Source: an uncultured delta proteobacterium (lineage in GTDB: Bacteria > Desulfobacterota > Binatia > Binatales > Binataceae). From it: a stretch of DNA of 64,000 bases. Below are positions 38,366 through 45,836 of this stretch, piece by piece (positions within the stretch are counted from its first letter, which is position 1; each line of letters begins with the position of its first letter). The notes beneath the pieces were generated by a model. It saw only the letters and a list, made by a program, of their open reading frames with translations. It was not told the DNA's origin and did no database searches. A program made the translations under genes and the position numbers. The stretch covers positions 1-64,000 of the forward strand of contig CAWCDG010000004.1 of NCBI GenBank assembly GCA_963794325.1, written 5' to 3'.

Positions 38366-41236
38366 CTATTGAGACTGACTTCCCGCTTGCGCCGGGACGG
38401 CATTGGCGAATTTTTTGTGGAAATCATCGGCGGTGGTTCTGTACGTCTCGTTGCCCGGCTCGAGTTTCGCCGCTCGCGCGTACGCCTTGTCGGCGCCGGC
38501 GTAGTCGTATGCATGCTCGTCCGCGTTGGCCAGCGAGTAGTATGCGAGCGCGGAATCCGGCCGCAACTGGATCGCTTTGGTCAGCATGATCACCTGTTGA
38601 TTGAAGTCGCCATTCTCGCCGTAGAGATTGCCGAGACGCATCGTCAGGTCGAAAGAGTCCGGATGCTCGACGGCGATTTTTTTGATTGCGTCGATCGCAG
38701 ACGGCAAGTCGCCCATGGTTTGCGCCGCGCCCGCCAGCAGTGACTGCATCTCGTAGCTGTCGATTCCGTTGTCGATCGCCTGCGCGACCGTACGTTTGAT
38801 GCCGGCGATGTCCTTCTGCGGCGCATACACATTCAACGCCAATGCGTAATACGCGCCCGGTTGGTCGGACTCGACTGCGATCGCCTGTTCGAGCAGGGAC
38901 TGCGCGCGTTTGAAATCGCGGCCTCGCGACGCAGCCGCCGCCGCGCTCAGCAGATACTGATACTGCTGATGAGAATCGCGCGCGTGTTGCGCCGCGCCGG
39001 CGTAGATCGAGGCTTCGTCGGAATATTTTCCAACCCCGTCGTAGAAGGCCGCCGCCGCCGACAGCGCGCCGGGCACCTGCTCCGCCGTAGCCCGCGCGAT
39101 CCCCCGTTCGATCGCGCCGCGTTCATCCGGCGACAACCACACCATGACGCGATCCGACATATAAGGATGGGTATTCGGCGCCGGCGAATTGTACACCGAC
39201 AGCTCAATCTGCTTGAGCGCGTCGCCGTCCATCCCAGCTCCGGCGAGTTCGCGCATGTAAGCGTCGCGCGTGTACGGACTCATCGGGTCGAGCACAAGCG
39301 CGATTCCTCTCTCGCGCAGGCGGTCTGCCAGCGTCATGCGAGCGCCTAGGGAGTCCGCCGTCGCTTCATGCGAATAGGTGTTGGCGGGATATAGCAGCAG
39401 CATCGATTTCGCCTGCGCGGCCGAAGTCGGCGGCACCAGATTGTACGGATACGCGATCGAGGGCTGTATGAACGTCGCCATCAGCAGGCAGACCGCCGCA
39501 ATCGGCACCCACATTCGCGCATACCAGGCGCGCGGGCGCTGGAATTCGTCGGCGTCGTCGTCGACAGTCCAGGCCCACGAAACCCTGACCGCCAGCCCGA
39601 GGATTATCGCGAAGAAAAAAGCGATCGCCGGAATCTGCAAATCGAAATCGAAAAACTCAATGACGCACATCACCGCGAGCCCCGTCACCAGCCCGGCCTC
39701 TATCGGTACGATTCCCGCCGGCAGTTGCACGAACCTGCGATAGATGAAAGTGCAGGCGCGCAGAAGGAACCACGCGGCCAACACCACCCCGACTATCCCG
39801 GTCTCAGCGATCAGTTGCAGGTAGTCGTTGTGCGCTTCTGAAAAATACAGCTCCGACCACGGCCGCGCGCGGTATCGCGTGAACAGCTCGGGCCAGGTGC
39901 GTAGTCCGATGCCCGCCACCGGAAAATCCTCGGCCATCTTGAGTCCGTCCGACCACGCGCTAATCCGGTTCGGGTTGCCGGCATCGAGGTCAAGAGAATT
40001 CTGGACGCGCTCGGTCACCTGGCCCCGCCCGCTGGCGCCGATGAACAGCATCGCGAGCACCAGCATGCACGCCGCTCCGGCCAGCGCGATTTGTCGCGAG
40101 CGCGCCGGACGCTCGATGCCCTCCCCTCTGCGCGAGGTCAGAATCATCACCAGCGCGACGCCGAGCGCAAGGCCGATCCAGCCGGCGCGTGACTGGCTCA
40201 GAATAATCGCGGCCATCAGCACGAACGAGGTTACGCCGCATCCGATCCGGTACCCGTTCGACCATCGCGCAGATACCAGCGGGCTGCCGAAGAACGTCCC
40301 GGAAATCGCCAGCGGAAAAATCATCGCGAGGAAGCCGGCGAAATGATCGGGATCGACAAAGGGACCGCTGGCGCGCGGCACGACGTCGAGCATCGGCGCG
40401 CCCCAATCGAGCGGCACGAAGAACCAGAGAATCCTGCCGTTCCAGGTTGCCTGCTGAAGCAATCCAATGGTCGCGATGCCCAATCCCACCGCGAGAAAAA
40501 CCGTCACCAATCCGCCGACCAACCAATCGCGCTCGACCTTCGAAGCGAACGGGCCGATCGGGACGAACGCAACCAGCATGAAAAGCGCCGCGCATGCCGC
40601 AAACAATAGCAGTCCCGACCACGACAGTACCGGCGCGATAGAAAGGGGCCGCCATCGCGTCGAGTAAATTTTCGAGAGCCACTCCGAGCTTCGATCCGGA
40701 TAACTGGCGCCGGCATTGTTACCCTCTTCGACGGCCGCGGTCGGCGGTTTCGGCGCGAATGGAATCGCCGCTCCTGCTTTCACCTCAGCGAGCGTCGGCA
40801 GCACGACGGCGCCGGCGTGGGTCAACGCAGGCTCAGCGGTTTCCGGCTTGATCGAGCCTTCCAGTCCGGTGTACGGCGCGCTTTCAGGCCATCCGGGAAA
40901 AACCTGCTCGTACAGTCTGTACGTCGAAGGCGACAGAACATGAATCGCCGCCGGCGGGAGTGGCAGCAACTGCAGCAGCGCAAACGCGAGAAACGCCACG
41001 ATCGGAATAGCAAACGTTCGAATCTGCAATCCGAGTTCCGCGGGGTACCCGTCGCGCGATGCGCGCCCGAACGGCCACATCAGCAGGAGCGCGAACGCCT
41101 CCGCTTCGCCGATTTTGTAGGCCCACGGATGTACCGCGCCGAACGCCAGCGGCATGAACACCGCAAGGAAGACGATGCCGCCCACCAGCAGCACTCGGCG
41201 CCTGCGGTGATCGTGCACGCGACTCGATTCGCTCAT
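38366..41236 (-). CDS. O-antigen ligase (Wzy_C) domain protein fused to C-terminal TPR repeats
   Basis: GPFVDPDHFAG, SQSRAGW, PVAGIG, AHNDYLQ..ETG, then TPR-like helices (KAIQLRPDSALAYYSLA). Confidence 0.88.
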   Translation of the reverse strand: MSESSRVHDHRRRRVLLVGGIVFLAVFMPLAFGAVHPWAYKIGEAEAFALLLMWPFGRASRDGYPAELGLQIRTFAIPIVAFLAFALLQLLPLPPAAIHVLSPSTYRLYEQVFPGWPESAPYTGLEGSIKPETAEPALTHAGAVVLPTLAEVKAGAAIPFAPKPPTAAVEEGNNAGASYPDRSSEWLSKIYSTRWRPLSIAPVLSWSGLLLFAACAALFMLVAFVPIGPFASKVERDWLVGGLVTVFLAVGLGIATIGLLQQATWNGRILWFFVPLDWGAPMLDVVPRASGPFVDPDHFAGFLAMIFPLAISGTFFGSPLVSARWSNGYRIGCGVTSFVLMAAIILSQSRAGWIGLALGVALVMILTSRRGEGIERPARSRQIALAGAACMLVLAMLFIGASGRGQVTERVQNSLDLDAGNPNRISAWSDGLKMAEDFPVAGIGLRTWPELFTRYRARPWSELYFSEAHNDYLQLIAETGIVGVVLAAWFLLRACTFIYRRFVQLPAGIVPIEAGLVTGLAVMCVIEFFDFDLQIPAIAFFFAIILGLAVRVSWAWTVDDDADEFQRPRAWYARMWVPIAAVCLLMATFIQPSIAYPYNLVPPTSAAQAKSMLLLYPANTYSHEATADSLGARMTLADRLRERGIALVLDPMSPYTRDAYMRELAGAGMDGDALKQIELSVYNSPAPNTHPYMSDRVMVWLSPDERGAIERGIARATAEQVPGALSAAAAFYDGVGKYSDEASIYAGAAQHARDSHQQYQYLLSAAAAASRGRDFKRAQSLLEQAIAVESDQPGAYYALALNVYAPQKDIAGIKRTVAQAIDNGIDSYEMQSLLAGAAQTMGDLPSAIDAIKKIAVEHPDSFDLTMRLGNLYGENGDFNQQVIMLTKAIQLRPDSALAYYSLANADEHAYDYAGADKAYARAAKLEPGNETYRTTADDFHKKFANAVPAQAGSQSQ

Positions 41237-41296
41237 TGAATTTTCGCGCAGGATGCTCGAACCAATCGAGCGGCGACGGCCTTTTAAATCCGGACG

Positions 41297-43672
41297 CTAG
41301 GCGCTGTCAGGACCGCTGGAATCCTTGAACGGCATCTCCATATCGGAATCAGGCCGCGTGTAATGATTGTAGTAGTGCGAGTAGTGCCCGTAGCCGGGAT
41401 GCTTGATGTCGATCTCGTTGAGCAGCACACCGAAAATTTTCGCGCGCGCATATTCGAGCTTCGCGCACGTCATCTTCACGTGATGCTTGGAGGTCTTGAG
41501 GCTGTTCACCACCAGCACCACCCCATCGACCACCGTCGCCAGCAGCAGCGCGTCGCTCACCGGCATCACCGGCGGCGAATCGATGATCACCACGTCATGC
41601 TCATGAGCCACCATCGCGAGCACCTGGCTCATCCGTTCCGAGCCGAGCAGTTCGGTGGGATTCGGCGGCAGCGAGCCCGCGCACATAAACGAAAGGCCGT
41701 CGACGATCGTCGTTCTGATCACGTCCTGCACTTCACAAGTCCCGGTCAGCACTTCGGTGAGCCCAGCAGTATTCTCGAGCGCCAGAACGCGATGGCATCG
41801 GGGCTTCCTTAGATCGGCGTCAATCAGCAGCACGCGAGCCCCGGTCTGCGCGAACATCGCGGCCGTGTTGGTGGCGGATACGGTCTTGCCCTCGGAGCTG
41901 TGAGCGCTGGTGAACAGGATCGTCTTCGGCGGCGCTCCCGCCCGCGACAGCATCAGCGCGGTCCTGAAGGTGCGATACGCCTCGCCGACCAGCGAATACG
42001 GATTTGCAACGCCGAGCAGCTCGCGCCCGTAGCCGATTTTCTTGATGCCGTTGTCTTCCGGCAGCAGCGTTGCTCCTTTCGCCTTGAGCCGAAGGTTGGC
42101 GAACGAAGGAATCGCTCCGATGTTCGGCACGCGCAGGTAGCGCTCGACTTGTTCCGGCGTCTTGAGCGTGGTGTCCAGGTATTCGAGTCCGAAGACCAAC
42201 CCGATAACTGCGATCAGCGCCAGCATCGAGTTGCGCGCGACCATGTTGAATTTTCTCGGACTCGACGGCCCGCCCGGCGTCTCCGCCGGATCGACGATTA
42301 CGATGTTCGAGGTTTGCGACTCCGCCGCGAGCGCAATTCCCTTCATGCGCTCGAGCACGCTCTCGTATAGTTCGCGGTTGGTATCGACCTCGCGCTGCAG
42401 AATCGCGTATTCAACCGCCGCATCGTTGAGCCCGAGCGCCTGCTGCCGCTCCTTGTTCATCTCGTTCTGCAGCTTCTGTTCCTTGTCCGATGCGGCCTGG
42501 TAAGAGCCCTGGATTCCCGCGATGACGCGCGAAATCTCGGCCTCGAGCCTCTGCTGTAACTCCGCTCGCTTCGCCGCCATTTGCATCATGGGCGGATAAT
42601 CGGGCTTGAACTTTCTCCCCATGCTCGCGTAGTCGCCGTCGATTGAGTTCAACTGCGCCTGCACCGTTTGAACCCCGGGGTCGCCCATCACGGCCGGCAT
42701 CGAATCGTATTTGCGGCTGTCGATCAGCTGCATCTGCGCCTCGAGGCCGATTCGATCGACCTGCGCGGTAGTCAAGTCCTTGCTCAGTTCGGAGACGCGA
42801 TCGAGGACCACCGTCTCCTTGCCGTCCAGCGACATCAGTCCCGGGATAATTCCTTTCGCGCGGCGGTAGTCATTGAGCGCGACTTCGGACTTTTCGAGGC
42901 TGTCCTTCAGCTCGCCGAGCCTCTCCTTCAGAAAATTCTCGGCTTCCTCGTTGGACTGGCTGCGCAGCTCGATTCCGAGCCTGATGTATCCGTGCGCGTG
43001 CGCGTTGGCGAGTCTGGAGGCGAGCAGCCGGTCGGTCGAAACGTATTCGATCGTCACTAAATCAGTGTCAGTGACCGGCGAAACCTTCAGCCCGCTCAGG
43101 TAGTGACTAATCAGCGCCGGCGGAACCCCGTTGTGCTCGGTAGGGTCGTCCACAGGATGCGGCCGCGCCTTGCGCCCGTTGGTGTGATTGAGCCAATGAC
43201 TGACCGAGGACAGCGCCGACGCGATCAGGCCGGGCTGCGGCTTGGGCCCGAGGAACGCCGGGTTGTGTTCCAGGTTCTCCGCACGAACTACGTACGCGCC
43301 CAGGGTTCTGCTGCGCAGAATTTCCAGCTGAGTTTTCTGGAAGTTCTCGTACATGTCGGAATCGTAGATGTTCTGATCATCCTGCGTGGCGTCCTTGCCC
43401 TGCATGATCTGAGGACTTCCCGGCTTGAGCAGTATCGTCCCCTTCGCGGTGTAGAGCGGCGTCTGCATGTATGCGTAGATCGTCGTCAGCACCAGCACCG
43501 CGAATACCACGCCTATAACCAGCGACAGCCGCTTCCTGATCACATGCCAGTAGCCGAGCAGATCGATCCGGCCCTCCTCTTCGTCGAAGGCGCCGGGGCC
43601 GAATCCGATTCCGCGCGGCGGCTCTTCGAGCTGGCTGGTGCGGCGGATGAAATATGGCGATGGTTGGGTCAT
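41297..43672 (-). CDS. wzc: Wzc-like polysaccharide co-polymerase / BY-kinase
   Basis: Two TMs, coiled coil, EAYRTFRT, Walker A SSEGKT, IDADLRKP, IIDSPP, Tyr cluster GYGHYSHYYNHY. Confidence 0.95.
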   Translation of the reverse strand: MTQPSPYFIRRTSQLEEPPRGIGFGPGAFDEEEGRIDLLGYWHVIRKRLSLVIGVVFAVLVLTTIYAYMQTPLYTAKGTILLKPGSPQIMQGKDATQDDQNIYDSDMYENFQKTQLEILRSRTLGAYVVRAENLEHNPAFLGPKPQPGLIASALSSVSHWLNHTNGRKARPHPVDDPTEHNGVPPALISHYLSGLKVSPVTDTDLVTIEYVSTDRLLASRLANAHAHGYIRLGIELRSQSNEEAENFLKERLGELKDSLEKSEVALNDYRRAKGIIPGLMSLDGKETVVLDRVSELSKDLTTAQVDRIGLEAQMQLIDSRKYDSMPAVMGDPGVQTVQAQLNSIDGDYASMGRKFKPDYPPMMQMAAKRAELQQRLEAEISRVIAGIQGSYQAASDKEQKLQNEMNKERQQALGLNDAAVEYAILQREVDTNRELYESVLERMKGIALAAESQTSNIVIVDPAETPGGPSSPRKFNMVARNSMLALIAVIGLVFGLEYLDTTLKTPEQVERYLRVPNIGAIPSFANLRLKAKGATLLPEDNGIKKIGYGRELLGVANPYSLVGEAYRTFRTALMLSRAGAPPKTILFTSAHSSEGKTVSATNTAAMFAQTGARVLLIDADLRKPRCHRVLALENTAGLTEVLTGTCEVQDVIRTTIVDGLSFMCAGSLPPNPTELLGSERMSQVLAMVAHEHDVVIIDSPPVMPVSDALLLATVVDGVVLVVNSLKTSKHHVKMTCAKLEYARAKIFGVLLNEIDIKHPGYGHYSHYYNHYTRPDSDMEMPFKDSSGPDSA

Positions 43673-43684
43673 ATCACGCGTGCA

Positions 43685-44926
43685 CTAGAACGTCGGCAGC
43701 GGGATCGCCATGCGGGTAAGTACGTTGTACACAACATAGGGACCAATCTTGGCGTCCGAGTATGGAACGTCGATTACGTCATTCGCACGGACCGGAATGT
43801 CGGGATTCTCACCTTTCGCGATCTTTACCAGGTCGATCGGTATCGCGACTTTGTTGCCATTGCCGTCACTGCGCATCAGCGTCGCGTCCGAAGGATCGGC
43901 TGCGTACATCGCTCCGCCCGCCGATCCTACCGCACCCAGCGCAGTAAGTCCCGATCCGACCGTGAAGTAGCCCGGCCGATAAACCCATCCGGTGACCATC
44001 ACATTGCCGCCGCCCGGAACCACGATGATGTCCCCCGGCTCAACCGGCATGTTCATGTAATGCGCACTGCCGGTCAGCGCAGTTGCTTTGAGCGGAATCA
44101 CGACCGCCGGCCCATTGGAGACGCTCTTCTGTAGATCCTCCATCGTCGGCGCGTCCTTCGGCGGCGGCACAGTCAGCACGTTGGCGGGAGGGCCGGCATG
44201 CGGATCGCCGTTGTTCGCGACGCTGACGGGCCGACCCGCCTGGTCGCCCGGGTCCGACATCGACAGGGCCACGCGCTGCAGTTTCAGTCCCTCGCTGCTG
44301 ACCTGCGGCATGATAACGACTTCGTCAGCCGCGTCCGCGGTCACGCCGCCGGCCTGCGTCAGGACGTCGAGCACCGATTCGCCAGCGCCACTGAGCGTAA
44401 TCAGCCCCGGCGCGTGCACCGCCCCGACCACCGCGACCTGCCGGCTTTTGTATTCCTTGACGAACAGATCGACCTGCGGATCGTACATGTATTTTTCCAG
44501 CGCCTTCGAAATCTTGTCGCGCAGCTCCGACTCCGGGATTCCCGCCGCGTGGACCGTGCCGATTAGCGGCAAGTCGATATTGCCTTCGCTGCCAACCCTC
44601 ACCGTGCGCTCTTTGAACTCATCCACTCCGGGTACTGAGATCTGGAGCATGTCGCCGATGCCAATTGGATAGTCGGTCGTGCTGGCTTGCGATCGCGCGG
44701 TCCAAAGCGTTTCCAGGCGCTCGAGGTTCTTGGGTGAGCTCGCCACGCTTGGAACGCGATCTTCCGCCGATGGCGCGGGGGCATTCGGCGATTGAACATC
44801 AGCGGCCGATGCCGCCGTTGCCGGCGGCGCCGCCTGAGGGGCGGGCGCACTGGCGCAACCTATCAGCGATACGGCCGCAATCGCGGCAATTCCATACAAT
44901 GAATGTCGAGTCGCGTACTTACTCAT
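43685..44926 (-). CDS. wza: Wza-like polysaccharide export lipoprotein with SLBB domains
   Basis: Lipobox LIGC; YPIGIGD, GNIDLPLIG, VVGAVHAPG, EPGDIIVVP. Confidence 0.9.
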   Translation of the reverse strand: MSKYATRHSLYGIAAIAAVSLIGCASAPAPQAAPPATAASAADVQSPNAPAPSAEDRVPSVASSPKNLERLETLWTARSQASTTDYPIGIGDMLQISVPGVDEFKERTVRVGSEGNIDLPLIGTVHAAGIPESELRDKISKALEKYMYDPQVDLFVKEYKSRQVAVVGAVHAPGLITLSGAGESVLDVLTQAGGVTADAADEVVIMPQVSSEGLKLQRVALSMSDPGDQAGRPVSVANNGDPHAGPPANVLTVPPPKDAPTMEDLQKSVSNGPAVVIPLKATALTGSAHYMNMPVEPGDIIVVPGGGNVMVTGWVYRPGYFTVGSGLTALGAVGSAGGAMYAADPSDATLMRSDGNGNKVAIPIDLVKIAKGENPDIPVRANDVIDVPYSDAKIGPYVVYNVLTRMAIPLPTF

Positions 44927-45408
44927 TTCGATTTAGAAACCTTCGTGTCTGTTGACGAGGCTCCGAGCTTTGCAACCGCCAGTGGAGGCGCTGTTTTCGA
45001 TAGCCCCCAATTCACAGTCAGCCCTTCCGCGGGCACATAGGATACCACCGTCTCACCCTTCAGCATCAGTCTGTAGGCTCCCGCCCGGAGACCGCGTATC
45101 TCGTACGATCCCTCGGCGTCGGAAACGGCCGACCCTGCACCAGCCCCGGTCGAAGCGAGCACCGAAACCTGAACGCCGGCCACCGGTTGTCCCATCTCAT
45201 TGGCGACATGGCCGACGAGATCAGCACTCGACGCGGCGGTGGCCGGTATTATTACGAACATTCCAGCCGTGGCCAATGCAGACAGCACTCTTGACCGGGT
45301 ATGCGTCCGCCCTCCCATCAGGCGGGCATTGCGATGAAAACCGTTGGAATCCATGGCGCTCAGCCTTCGCAGTCTCGAAGTTGAACGATCCTCAACGTCA
45401 CACGACAC
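44923..45408 (-). CDS. Small secreted carboxypeptidase-regulatory-like domain protein (start probably internal)
   Basis: Hydrophobic signal, then LVGHV..GQPVAGVQV..SDAEGSYEIRGLRAGAYRL; stop overlaps wza start (ATGA). Confidence 0.7.
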   Translation of the reverse strand: MSCDVEDRSTSRLRRLSAMDSNGFHRNARLMGGRTHTRSRVLSALATAGMFVIIPATAASSADLVGHVANEMGQPVAGVQVSVLASTGAGAGSAVSDAEGSYEIRGLRAGAYRLMLKGETVVSYVPAEGLTVNWGLSKTAPPLAVAKLGASSTDTKVSKSK

Positions 45409-45836
45409 CGTCTCCGCGCTCTTTAAGCCGCATGCCGCGATTCGCTCGGGGTCTGGTTGATTGATCGCGTATCGCTGTCGCCGGTGATTTTGTACGAAGA
45501 TTAACCTTGAAGACAGCGAAAGTCAGCCCGAACCTCAGGGCAGTTCCCAACCCTTCGCGCCGCTGCATGAAAAACCAGCGCCCGCCGTGCCTGTCGTGTA
45601 AAATGTATGAGTCCCGATCGTGCTCGGGATGCTAGCAACTTCACTGACGCTAAAGCAAGTGAAGAGTTCCTATGAAAAGTAGTAATATCGTACGAGGCGT
45701 AAACACCCGCAACTAGGCCAACTCAGGCAGCGATAGGCTATCAGTGCCCTTCCAGCGCAGAATATCAGCAAAGGGATTCGAAGATCGATTTCCTTTTAGA
45801 TCGACGCGCTTTGTCGCTTCAAACCAATCGACGCGA

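Noticed and set aside
45409-45836. JUMPStart/ops element upstream of the polysaccharide locus
   Set aside because: No GGCGGTAG seen on the coding strand; only a weak TCCCGA-N6-TCGGGA palindrome (45612-45629) of unknown meaning
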